From positions 109,076 through 173,075 of the IMG/VR virus record IMGVR_UViG_3300033121_001869: a stretch of 64,000 nt of DNA; one strand, given 5' to 3'. Below the pieces are notes generated by a model, which made no database searches, had not been told where the DNA came from, and was given only the letters and a program-made list of their open reading frames with translations. Positions 26,758 to 35,709 of this stretch are shown here, one piece after another; the stretch's first letter is position 1, and each line of letters starts with the position of its first letter. A program made the translations under genes and the position numbers. Source of the DNA: a virus. Lineage: Duplodnaviria; Heunggongvirae; Uroviricota; Caudoviricetes.

Positions 26758-27723
26758 TTAAAATTTTCTGTTTTGTAGATATTTAAGAAAATCAAACGAG
26801 TTATCATTTTTCTTATCTATCATACTTGTTGTAATCTTTACATATTCCAAATCATTCATACTCAAACCTTTCTCAAAGAAATGTTCTGAAGCATCTTTAC
26901 ATTCCTTAGACCTAATTGTGACAGATGGTATTCCAACTAAATTAAAAAATTTGTGCATTATAGCCCCAGTCTTTAGTCCGACTCTATCATTATCTGAAAA
27001 TATTATAATATTTTTAGGATTTTTGTTTAAAAGTTGGTAAAGTTGAATACCAGACCACATTGCCGAGGATGGAGAAACAGATTTAACACCAAAGTGCCTT
27101 AGAGTTATCATATCGAATAGTCCCTCACATATCCAAACCTCTTCATTTTCTACATCATCCAATCCCCAAACAGGAACATCTGGAACTGCCAAAGTATATT
27201 TTAATTTACCCACATCACTTAATCTTCTTATTGAGCAATTAACAAGCTTATTATCTTTAAATAGTGGTTGAACAATTCCACCCTCATCAATTCCATCCTC
27301 TAAAAATGTTTTTAATATAGGATGACAAGTAGCTCCTATTTTTACTAAATCATTTTTATTTTTAAAATTGGACAATCCAAGAAACTTCCACTCATTTACT
27401 AAATCTATTGGTATTTTTCTTTTTTGTAAAAAATCAATTTCGTTATCCGAATACTTTCCTGAATTTTCATGAAAAAAGTCAGATAAGTTTGAGAGATCAC
27501 TTTGTGTAATAACTTCATCATCAGCAGTCAAATCCAAAAGAGTAGTATTAATTTCGACCATTTTCTCTAAATTAGAATAAACAGACTTTGCCCAGTGAAA
27601 TTTCTTCTCAATTTCAATTAATTTAGTTGAATTTATATTAGGATCTAAGAAATTTTTAACAGTCCCATTAACTGAACGATTATTATATACAATAAATCCA
27701 ATATCTTCCGCCGAATATTTCAT
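26758..27723 (-). CDS. Toprim-domain protein, DnaG/T4 gp61 primase-like but without an N-terminal zinc finger
   Basis: Toprim motifs VWICEGLFDMITL (E..G..D) and IIIFSDNDRVG (DxD). No CxxC/CxxH zinc-binding module in the N-terminal 130 aa. Confidence 0.5.
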   Translation of the reverse strand: MKYSAEDIGFIVYNNRSVNGTVKNFLDPNINSTKLIEIEKKFHWAKSVYSNLEKMVEINTTLLDLTADDEVITQSDLSNLSDFFHENSGKYSDNEIDFLQKRKIPIDLVNEWKFLGLSNFKNKNDLVKIGATCHPILKTFLEDGIDEGGIVQPLFKDNKLVNCSIRRLSDVGKLKYTLAVPDVPVWGLDDVENEEVWICEGLFDMITLRHFGVKSVSPSSAMWSGIQLYQLLNKNPKNIIIFSDNDRVGLKTGAIMHKFFNLVGIPSVTIRSKECKDASEHFFEKGLSMNDLEYVKITTSMIDKKNDNSFDFLKYLQNRKF

Positions 27724-27728
27724 TTTTA

Positions 27729-27760
27729 TTTGGTTTTTTACATAATATTTATTAAATTTG
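27729..27760 (+). promoter_or_regulatory. candidate Bacteroidetes-type promoter TTTG-N20-TAAATTTG
   Basis: TTTG at 27729..27732 and TAAATTTG at 27753..27760. The ATG of the downstream gene is at 27770. Confidence 0.4.
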
Positions 27761-27769
27761 TACTTCTCT

Positions 27770-28459
27770 ATGGACTATAAATTATTAGACGTTGCCTTAA
27801 CTGGCTCAAGAAAATCAGGAAAACATGGTGTAGCTCAACTATTTAAGAAGTTAGGAGTTCCTATTTTTGATGCTGATACGGTACTTAAATACCTTTTAAA
27901 CTACAAACCTGAATTAATAAATTCTGTCCAAAAACAATTTGGCAAAGAATATGTATTTAATGGATATATAAATCCCATCGCTTTCGATACTGATGATAAA
28001 TTCAATCATCTAATAGATTTAGTGGAGTTTGAATTATTTGAAGCCTATGATAGATTCAAAAAGAAAACTGCTGAAAAAGAAAGTGGTTACCAATACACTA
28101 TGTTTTTATCCTCACTTATTTATGAGAGAAACTGGGTTAAAAAATTTGACAAAATAGTTTGTATTATGTCACCTAAACAAGATAGAATGTTTCGATATCA
28201 ACAAGAAACATTTGATGCTGTTTCGACAGTCAATGCCATTTTTGAAAATGAAATGAATGATTATAGAAAAAATCAAATGAGTGATTTCATTATTCACAAT
28301 TATGATGGATCAATAGAAGATATTTTAACTCAAATTCAAAAAATTGACGATAAATTAGTTGAAACATATTTACTTAAAAAAAGTAGAAATGTATTCAGCG
28401 ATACAGATAGATATGAAAGGGAAGATTATATAGATCTTAAAAATATTTTAACATTTTAA
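27770..28459 (+). CDS. CoaE-like (dephospho-CoA kinase family) P-loop kinase with a degenerate Walker A
   Basis: VALTGSRKSGKHGVAQLFKKLGVPIFDADTV parallels the CoaE N-terminus GLTGGIGSGKST...IDAD, but GK is followed by H rather than S/T. Confidence 0.45.
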   Translation: MDYKLLDVALTGSRKSGKHGVAQLFKKLGVPIFDADTVLKYLLNYKPELINSVQKQFGKEYVFNGYINPIAFDTDDKFNHLIDLVEFELFEAYDRFKKKTAEKESGYQYTMFLSSLIYERNWVKKFDKIVCIMSPKQDRMFRYQQETFDAVSTVNAIFENEMNDYRKNQMSDFIIHNYDGSIEDILTQIQKIDDKLVETYLLKKSRNVFSDTDRYEREDYIDLKNILTF

Positions 28460-28827
28460 TGAGTAAAACTATTGATATTATATTAAGCGGTGATAAATTT
28501 AAACCTAGTAGTCTATGTTTAGAAACTAAAATATTAGCAGAATATGGATCTATAAGTAAGAGAGGAAGATATAAAGGAAAGCCATCACCTTATGGATTAG
28601 CTTATATGATTATACCACTTGATTCTCTGACAGAAACTCTTGATAATTTAATAAGTAACATTAATGATTTAAAACAATCAGGTGTTAGTGATATTGAATT
28701 AGATTCTGTTTTTTGGGATGATGAAAAAAGTGATTTTTTAAATTATAAAAAATCAGAGAAAGTAACAAAATTACTCAACAAAATTAATAGTATATTAAAT
28801 GGAAACAGCTATAATAAGAGTGAATAG
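28459..28827 (+). CDS. hypothetical protein
   Basis: ORF of 122 aa. Confidence 0.45.
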   Translation: MSKTIDIILSGDKFKPSSLCLETKILAEYGSISKRGRYKGKPSPYGLAYMIIPLDSLTETLDNLISNINDLKQSGVSDIELDSVFWDDEKSDFLNYKKSEKVTKLLNKINSILNGNSYNKSE

Positions 28828-29260
28828 GGTTGGTGGACAAAAGTTACAATTTGTCAAATTGATTAAATCCACAACTGGATGGGGACTAAAAGAAGCTAAA
28901 GATTGGTGTGATAAGGTTAATGAATCTCCAGGTCAATACTTTTATATTCCTGTTTTCTCAGTAGAACAATTTAAAAAAGAAATTAAACTAAATGGTATTG
29001 ATGAAGATTACAATCTGACCATTGATGATAGAAATTCTATTAGAAACACTAATTTAGTATTATTGGGTCTTGGTGACAAATCTGATAAAATAAATTTGAT
29101 TTCAGAAAAATTATCCTTATCTTTGTATAATGAAATAAAAAATAATAATTCAAAATCTACCATCTATGAAATATGTAAAGCATTCACAGAAGATTTACTA
29201 GACGGCATAGATGAATTTAATCTCGACAAATTATTAACTAAAACACAAGAAAATGGCTAA
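28799..29260 (+). CDS. protein with N-terminal ribosomal bL12 (L7/L12) C-terminal-domain-like module fused to an unknown C-terminal domain
   Basis: AIIRVNRVGGQKLQFVKLIKSTTGWGLKEAKDWCDKVNESPG...EQFKKEIKLNGIDE aligns to the bL12 CTD [36 protein letters not shown]...EALKKALEEAGAEVE, with GLKEAKD identical. It has no bL12 N-terminal dimerisation or L10-binding domain. Confidence 0.55.
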   Translation: METAIIRVNRVGGQKLQFVKLIKSTTGWGLKEAKDWCDKVNESPGQYFYIPVFSVEQFKKEIKLNGIDEDYNLTIDDRNSIRNTNLVLLGLGDKSDKINLISEKLSLSLYNEIKNNNSKSTIYEICKAFTEDLLDGIDEFNLDKLLTKTQENG

Positions 29261-29651
29261 CGCTTGGAGGCACTCAAAATCATCAGCTTTAAAATTTGGT
29301 GGAACACCCGAAGATTATATGCCAATTCATGAAAAAATGGATTGTTCTAAGGCATATATCGCAGATAATCGACACAGAGCTCTAACACATAATATGTTTT
29401 GGGTAAAAGAAGTAATGATTCCAATTTTCGGATATATGTTTAAAAGACAATCTGATAATGTCGAAGTTTGCACAAAAGATATTTGTGAGCAACACATATT
29501 AGAGGATTTTGGAATGAAATTTATTCCAACTGCTCAAGACTATCTTGAAAATATGGAATTCAAAGATTGGATGCAAAATGGTATAATTGACTACCCATCG
29601 TCATTTAGAAAAATTAAAGAAAAAAGTTTTAAATCTGTAATTAAAGACTAA
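29253..29651 (+). CDS. hypothetical protein
   Basis: ORF of 132 aa. Confidence 0.45.
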   Translation: MANAWRHSKSSALKFGGTPEDYMPIHEKMDCSKAYIADNRHRALTHNMFWVKEVMIPIFGYMFKRQSDNVEVCTKDICEQHILEDFGMKFIPTAQDYLENMEFKDWMQNGIIDYPSSFRKIKEKSFKSVIKD

Positions 29652-30349
29652 TGCAAGTAATTTCTAAAAAAAATAGTAGAAAATTAATATCTGGACAAGT
29701 TTATGAGACAGATTATTTTCATAATGATCCAAATCAAAAAGGATATGGACTAGGTAGAATATCCATAAAAGGGAACGGGTACTATAAACTAGACAACTTT
29801 AAAATGGTTGATGGTAGTGATTTTCCGCAAATAATATATGATACAAGAACCTATGTAAGTTATAAGGCGGAAGACCTTAAAAAAGGTGATATAATTGTTT
29901 GTATTCGAGACAATCAATACAAATACCTTATAAGGGATGGAAAATATCGAATTCAGGATATAACTGAAAGAAAGACAAAATACTCAACTGAAAAACTAAT
30001 GAAACTTGAGGGTTATAATAAATGGCTTAAGTGTAACACCTGGTCATTTAGAAAATTAACTTTACAAGAAACAAGAGATTTAGCTTTATCTCAAATTTTT
30101 GATAAGGCTGAGAATTTCTCTGTCGAATTCAAAACAAAATATGAGCAATCTGACAATAAAGAAAAAATTCTTATTGAAACAATTGCATCTTCTATTTTAG
30201 ACCCATACAGACATCACTTCGATATTATTGACTGGGGGTTGCAAAAAATCAAAAAAGACTTTAAAATTGACAGAAAAGACTATGACCATCTGTTAGGATT
30301 GACATTAGGTGAAATACTATCCAAAGTCGAAAACTTTCCAAAGAAATAA
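29651..30349 (+). CDS. hypothetical protein
   Basis: ORF of 232 aa. Confidence 0.5.
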   Translation: MQVISKKNSRKLISGQVYETDYFHNDPNQKGYGLGRISIKGNGYYKLDNFKMVDGSDFPQIIYDTRTYVSYKAEDLKKGDIIVCIRDNQYKYLIRDGKYRIQDITERKTKYSTEKLMKLEGYNKWLKCNTWSFRKLTLQETRDLALSQIFDKAENFSVEFKTKYEQSDNKEKILIETIASSILDPYRHHFDIIDWGLQKIKKDFKIDRKDYDHLLGLTLGEILSKVENFPKK

Positions 30350-30420
30350 ACTATAACTAAACATAAATTATTAAAATGATATTTTTTTTGAAGAAGACTT
30401 TGAATTAAACTGGTAATAAA

Positions 30421-31020
30421 ATGGAAAAAGAAGGAAAAATGATTACAGATTGGTTAGACCAAAATGGTGATCCGGAAGTAGAACAGTTCATCGAAAAAAA
30501 CCTGGACATTACAGAAAAAGTGCGCTTGGCGCTCGACGAAATTATTCAAGAAGTAAAATCAAAACAGAAAGAAATTCAAGTTTTGAAAAAAGAATTACAA
30601 AAAAAATCTCAAGAAGCATTCTTCAAAGGAGCGAAAGAAATATTTAATACTTGTCCGGATTTTAAGTCAATATCTTGGACACAATACACACCATATTTCA
30701 ATGATGGTGATGAGTGTAAATTCTCCGCAAACATTGACTATCCAGAGATTAACGAAGATGTTGATGGTTTTAATGAAAAATCGCTAAATCCAAATTTAGT
30801 AGTTAATCAAGGTAACTGGAATAGAAACCTAAGAACATATGAAGGAAGGGTAGAGAAACCAAATCCTGATTATAATGTATCTTTATCCAAAGCTGTTGAT
30901 TCAATGTCAAAATTTCTTCAAGTATTTGATCAAGATTTCTATAAAGAACAATTTGGTGATCACGTCAAAGTTACAATAACTCCCGAAGGTGTAAGTACCG
31001 AAGAGTATGAACACGAATAA
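30421..31020 (+). CDS. hypothetical protein (compositionally atypical, GC-richer)
   Basis: ORF of 199 aa with GC-rich stretches (for example gcgcttggcgctcgacgaa) that are unusual for this window. Confidence 0.5.
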   Translation: MEKEGKMITDWLDQNGDPEVEQFIEKNLDITEKVRLALDEIIQEVKSKQKEIQVLKKELQKKSQEAFFKGAKEIFNTCPDFKSISWTQYTPYFNDGDECKFSANIDYPEINEDVDGFNEKSLNPNLVVNQGNWNRNLRTYEGRVEKPNPDYNVSLSKAVDSMSKFLQVFDQDFYKEQFGDHVKVTITPEGVSTEEYEHE

Positions 31021-31060
31021 CAATATTTTTTAACAACTAAACAAATAAAATTTTTTAACA

Positions 31061-32956
31061 ATGATTCAAACATTAATTTCTTTTTGGTGGGTAATTCCAA
31101 TTTTACTTTCACTAGTTTTTTACAAACTCATTTTCCGTCTTTTTGGTATCGTTATCATACCAGAAGATAAAATTGGATTGGTAACCAAGAAATTCGTTCT
31201 TTTTGGAGCCAATAAGCAACTTGATGATGATCGTATCATCGCAACAAAGGGCGAAGCAGGTTTTCAAGCTAAGACACTAGCACCCGGTATTCATTATTGG
31301 TATTGGCCTTGGCAATATGAGATTGATCAACAATCCTTCACTATTATTCCTGAAGGACACATCGGTCTTATTAACTCTAAAGATGGTGCTATTATTAAAA
31401 CAGGTCGAATCCTTTCACGAAAAGTGGAATGTAACAACTTCCAAGATGCTGAGGCGTTTTTGAATAACGGTGGTCAAAAAGGTCGTCAATCAGCTTTTAT
31501 CCCAAATGGTGTTTATAAAATCAACACTTTATTATTTGAAGTCTCAACTGTGCCACAAGTACAAATTCAAGATAATATGGTTGGTATTATTACAACCTTG
31601 GATGGTGAACCACTTGAACCTGGTACGATTGCTGGTAAATTGGTTGATAATGCTAAACACAACAACTTCCAAAATTTTGATGAATTTCTTAACGAAGGTG
31701 GTAATCGTGGTTTACAACAACAAATTATCCAAGCAGGTTCTTACAACTTAAACCCTTGGGCTATTCAAGTTGAAGAATTACCTATGACAGAAGTACCAAT
31801 TGGTAATGTTGGTGTTGTTATGTCTTATTATGGTGATGAAGGTGTTGATGTTACAGGTACCAACTTCAAACATGGTAACCTTGTATCAAAAGAACAAAAA
31901 GGTGTTTGGGCGGACCCTTTAAATCCTGGTAAATATGCCATCAATAAATACACCACAAAAGTTGAGGTTGTTCCAACAACAAACTTGGTTCTTAACTGGG
32001 CAAATGCTCGTAACGAATCTCACAATTTGGATAAAAACCTTAACACAATCACTGTTCGTTCAAAAGATGGTTTCACATTTAATTTGGACGTATCACAAAT
32101 TATTCACATTCCCATGAATGAAGCTCCTAAAGTTATCGCTCGATTTGGAAATATGAATAACCTTGTATCACAAGTTCTTGAGCCGACAATTGGAAACTAT
32201 TTCCGTAACTCAGCACAAGGATCTGATGCTATCTCTTTCTTAACTTCACGTCAAGAAAGACAAACTGAGGCTAAAGCTCACATTTCAAAAGTATTGGAAG
32301 AATATAACGTTTACGCCGTAGATACTTTGATTGGTGACATTACGCCTCCCGCAGCCCTAATGGAAACATTAACCTCTCGTAAAATTGCACAAGAGCAAAT
32401 CATTACGTTTGAGAATCAGAAAAAAGCACAAGTTCAACGTCAATCTCTTGAAAAAGAAACTGCAATTGCAGAAATGCAAAGAGAGGTTGTAAAAGCCGAA
32501 CAAGGTGTTATGATTTCTGAAAGAACTGCTGACGCAGTTGTTAAGAAACAAAGAGGTGATTCTGACGCTATCAAAATCGCAGCTGAAGCAGATGCACAAG
32601 CCACTGAATTGAGAGCAAAAGCTGAATCCACTCGTATCGCCCTTACCGGTCAAGCAGAATCTGAAAAGATTTTGGCAATTGGTAAAGCAAACGCTGAATC
32701 TTATGAATTAGCTGTTAAAGCAATGGGTAAAGAAAACTTCACCAGCTACAAAATCACCGAAGAGATTGGAAAATCTGGTATCCAATTAATGCCACAAGTA
32801 TTAATCGGTGGTAGTGGAGAAGGCGGTGTCAATGGAACTATGAATGGACTGTTGGCATACGAAATGTTGAACACTGTTAAAAAATCAATTCAATCTACTA
32901 CGGCAGAAATTGTCACACCAACAACTGAGCCTAAAAAGGATGAAAAAAAGAAATAA
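31061..32956 (+). CDS. flotillin-like SPFH/band-7 domain protein (YqiK-like)
   Basis: N-terminal TM helix, tandem SPFH-like segments, and a C-terminal Ala/Glu-rich coiled coil (AEADAQATELRAKAEST...). Codon usage is visibly GC3-richer than in neighbouring genes. Confidence 0.75.
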   Translation: MIQTLISFWWVIPILLSLVFYKLIFRLFGIVIIPEDKIGLVTKKFVLFGANKQLDDDRIIATKGEAGFQAKTLAPGIHYWYWPWQYEIDQQSFTIIPEGHIGLINSKDGAIIKTGRILSRKVECNNFQDAEAFLNNGGQKGRQSAFIPNGVYKINTLLFEVSTVPQVQIQDNMVGIITTLDGEPLEPGTIAGKLVDNAKHNNFQNFDEFLNEGGNRGLQQQIIQAGSYNLNPWAIQVEELPMTEVPIGNVGVVMSYYGDEGVDVTGTNFKHGNLVSKEQKGVWADPLNPGKYAINKYTTKVEVVPTTNLVLNWANARNESHNLDKNLNTITVRSKDGFTFNLDVSQIIHIPMNEAPKVIARFGNMNNLVSQVLEPTIGNYFRNSAQGSDAISFLTSRQERQTEAKAHISKVLEEYNVYAVDTLIGDITPPAALMETLTSRKIAQEQIITFENQKKAQVQRQSLEKETAIAEMQREVVKAEQGVMISERTADAVVKKQRGDSDAIKIAAEADAQATELRAKAESTRIALTGQAESEKILAIGKANAESYELAVKAMGKENFTSYKITEEIGKSGIQLMPQVLIGGSGEGGVNGTMNGLLAYEMLNTVKKSIQSTTAEIVTPTTEPKKDEKKK

Positions 32957-32978
32957 TCTAAACAATTAGTTTCTTTCA

Positions 32979-33007
32979 ACCCCGATGAAATCATCGGGGT
33001 TTTTTTA
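32979..33007 (+). terminator. strong intrinsic terminator
   Basis: ACCCCGATGA-AA-TCATCGGGGT perfect hairpin followed by TTTTTTT. Confidence 0.8.
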
Positions 33008-33017
33008 TATATATTAG

Positions 33018-33524
33018 ATGATGAAAAAATTTTCTAAATTGAATGAATCTATAAATAAAAAAATTTTAGATTGGTCACCCAATGATATTTTAGATTATTT
33101 AAATAAAATACCGGATTGTAAAGTCAGTTATAAATCAACACAGTTTGTTTTTCGTGATGATGGACATGAAATATGCACATTAGAAGAGATAAGTAGGGGT
33201 TCTATAAAAACATCTTGGAGTGAAATGGCTTTAGAATCAGATAATGAATACCATTTCCAATATACCTTTATACTCGATTTTGGCAATCTAATCGGCAGTG
33301 GCAACTATCTACTATTTGAACATGAGAAAGAACTTTCAATGGAAGAATTTATACCAATTAGTAAATTAACTAAAATATTTGCAGATATTGAGAATAATCT
33401 AACTACTCTTAGAAATGACTTCTATATTCATTTATATAATGAATCGAATTTGGATCTAAAATCACTATCATTTGAAATAGATTTCACATATAAAGACAGT
33501 GTGGAAAAAGAATATTTAATATGA
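33018..33524 (+). CDS. hypothetical protein
   Basis: ORF of 168 aa. Confidence 0.45.
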   Translation: MMKKFSKLNESINKKILDWSPNDILDYLNKIPDCKVSYKSTQFVFRDDGHEICTLEEISRGSIKTSWSEMALESDNEYHFQYTFILDFGNLIGSGNYLLFEHEKELSMEEFIPISKLTKIFADIENNLTTLRNDFYIHLYNESNLDLKSLSFEIDFTYKDSVEKEYLI

Positions 33525-33625
33525 AATACTTAAATAAATTTAGAATTTATGAGGCATCAAATTGGTGGGAGGAGAAATTAAAGGATTATGAATTAAAGCA
33601 TGATTATATATCCATTGGATGTAAC

Positions 33626-34042
33626 TTAATCCTCAGTCGGATCAATTATTTTACCAACAGACCATTGTCTCCATAAATCCTTATCACGAGTTGAAGTATT
33701 AGACAGGAATTTATTGACTATACTATCAATATTAATTAATATTTTATTTGTATAATATTCTTCTAAAATAGATACCCACTTATTTAACAAATCAATATCT
33801 TCAAAAACCAAATAATTTTCCCATTGTCCAATTTCAATACATTGATTTCTTGTATCAAAAACTATGGATAGTTCTTTTGAAGATTCACCGGTAGTTCCCA
33901 TTGTATTTGTAGATACTTTATCATATCGCAAATGCATAGTCAGATAATAATATCTATATCCATATTTCATTTTCTTAGTTAGAATAATTCTATCACCATC
34001 AATATTGAGATATACAAATGAAATAAATTTATCTATATTCAT
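33626..34042 (-). CDS. hypothetical protein
   Basis: ORF of 138 aa. Confidence 0.45.
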   Translation of the reverse strand: MNIDKFISFVYLNIDGDRIILTKKMKYGYRYYYLTMHLRYDKVSTNTMGTTGESSKELSIVFDTRNQCIEIGQWENYLVFEDIDLLNKWVSILEEYYTNKILINIDSIVNKFLSNTSTRDKDLWRQWSVGKIIDPTED

Positions 34043-34077
34043 AATCTATTTATAAAATAATCACAGTCCCAAGCAAT

Positions 34078-34107
34078 AAAAAATCCCACACTTTTGTGGG
34101 ATTTTTT
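34078..34107. terminator. bidirectional-type hairpin terminator downstream of the S1-like gene
   Basis: AAAAATCCCACA-CTTT-TGTGGGATTTTTT. Confidence 0.55.
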
Positions 34108-34123
34108 ATGATTTTTGGATAAT

Positions 34124-35236
34124 TTAAATCGAGGTAAGGAATATCTTTCGATTAGTTCTATCAATCGCTAAAACTTTAACTCTTATTTCTTGATCAGGTA
34201 GAAATTTTCTACCCAATTTTTCCAATTCAGATGAGTGTATTAAACCCATTGTCTCGTCATCCAATAAGATTAAGGTTCCAAAGTTTTTATTATCTTTAAC
34301 CCTACCATCAATAACTTGTCCAATTTTAATATTATCCCATAGTGATTCACGAATAACTTGTGTTAGGATAATTTTGTCTTTAATAATTTCCTTAACATAG
34401 AAGTCAATTTCCATACCAGGTCGTATATCAGAAATTCTTTCTCTCCAATCAGACTGAATATTAGCCTTATGAATCATTCCTGTTAGACACTCATTAAATT
34501 CAACAAAAACACCAAATGGAGTTGTACCCGTAACATGACCATTATATACCGTTCCTGTCTTCAGTTCTTCAATTGCTTGTGGTATAAGTGTTTTTAAATA
34601 CTTTCTACGGCTAACAATATAAGTTCCTTCTTGGTCAGAATATGATTCAATCATAGCTTCGATTTCCTTCCCGACAATTGAATTTGGATCGTATAATTTA
34701 TTTATACCCGCCAAAGTATTTGGCATAAATCCCGGTAATGTAATACCATCATGTAAAATATCAACGTCATATCCAGCTGGATTCAAATTTTTAATTTGAA
34801 TCATAACAACTAAATCTTCGTCTAGTGATTTTAAATGTTCATGAGCTCTTGACTCATAAATACCACAAATAGATCCTTGTAAATAGTAATTTTCCTCATT
34901 AACTGAAACAAGTAAAATATCAATTCTATCACCAATTTGTGTATTTTTTAAATACTTAACCTCACTGATTCTATTTTCAATATAAACATCATCTTTAAAT
35001 CCATCAATGGAAAAAACATGTTGATTAGCAGAAATTCCCTTGTATATCCCCGAAACAATTTCATTCTCTACGGGTTGGTTAATTTGTACGTTGGTTAGTA
35101 ATTTTAATAAATTTTGGTATTCGGGTGTGTTGGGATATTTAACTTTACGACCTCGACTTTTCCTTTTTTGATCCTGTAATATTAGATCGTCCCAAAATTG
35201 TTTTTCATCAATTTCAATTGATTTATTTTCTATCAT
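34124..35236 (-). CDS. ribosomal protein bS1-like protein with multiple S1 RNA-binding domains (truncated relative to bacterial S1)
   Basis: Several S1 OB-fold repeats. Domain 1 GIYKGISANQHVFSIDGFKDDVYIE...ESRAHEHL parallels E. coli S1 GTVVAIDKDVVLVDAGLKSE...REKAKRHEAW. Later domains carry G.V.G....FG.FV...L.G.IH signatures. Confidence 0.7.
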   Translation of the reverse strand: MIENKSIEIDEKQFWDDLILQDQKRKSRGRKVKYPNTPEYQNLLKLLTNVQINQPVENEIVSGIYKGISANQHVFSIDGFKDDVYIENRISEVKYLKNTQIGDRIDILLVSVNEENYYLQGSICGIYESRAHEHLKSLDEDLVVMIQIKNLNPAGYDVDILHDGITLPGFMPNTLAGINKLYDPNSIVGKEIEAMIESYSDQEGTYIVSRRKYLKTLIPQAIEELKTGTVYNGHVTGTTPFGVFVEFNECLTGMIHKANIQSDWRERISDIRPGMEIDFYVKEIIKDKIILTQVIRESLWDNIKIGQVIDGRVKDNKNFGTLILLDDETMGLIHSSELEKLGRKFLPDQEIRVKVLAIDRTNRKIFLTSI

Positions 35237-35286
35237 TTTTTAAATTTTTAAAGTTCTTTGTTTATAGAATAAGAGTATTATGAAGT

Positions 35287-35709
35287 TTAAAATTTTGAAA
35301 GATTATTTGTCTTCATATAATCTCTTATACGAGCTGCCTCTTCATAATCCTCCATCTCAATTGACTTTTTTAGCTTGAAATTTAATTCTATTTCTAATTC
35401 ATCTTTGGTTTTTTTACGTCTTAAATTTTCTAGATCATCAATTATAGATGAGTAATACTTATTCATATCTGAAATAGAATTAAAATGTAATTGCTTATCA
35501 CTAACCCCATTTACCGACATATCAGATAGTGTATCATTATCATTTATTTTTTTCAAAAAATCTGGATTTATTGCTTTATTTTCTATCAGAAATTTTGATA
35601 AATGATAAGGCCTATTTTTAAATAGTTTTAAAATAACTAGAAAATTATCAAATTCATGATTCATATTATTTTTAAATTTTTTCATAGAACAATTTAAAGA
35701 AATAATCAA
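35287..35709 (-). CDS. hypothetical protein with C-terminal UVR-like motif
   Basis: C-terminal EMEDYEEAARIRDYMK resembles the UvrB/UvrC UVR-domain consensus (..EEAA.LRD.I..). Confidence 0.4.
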   Translation of the reverse strand: MIISLNCSMKKFKNNMNHEFDNFLVILKLFKNRPYHLSKFLIENKAINPDFLKKINDNDTLSDMSVNGVSDKQLHFNSISDMNKYYSSIIDDLENLRRKKTKDELEIELNFKLKKSIEMEDYEEAARIRDYMKTNNLSKF

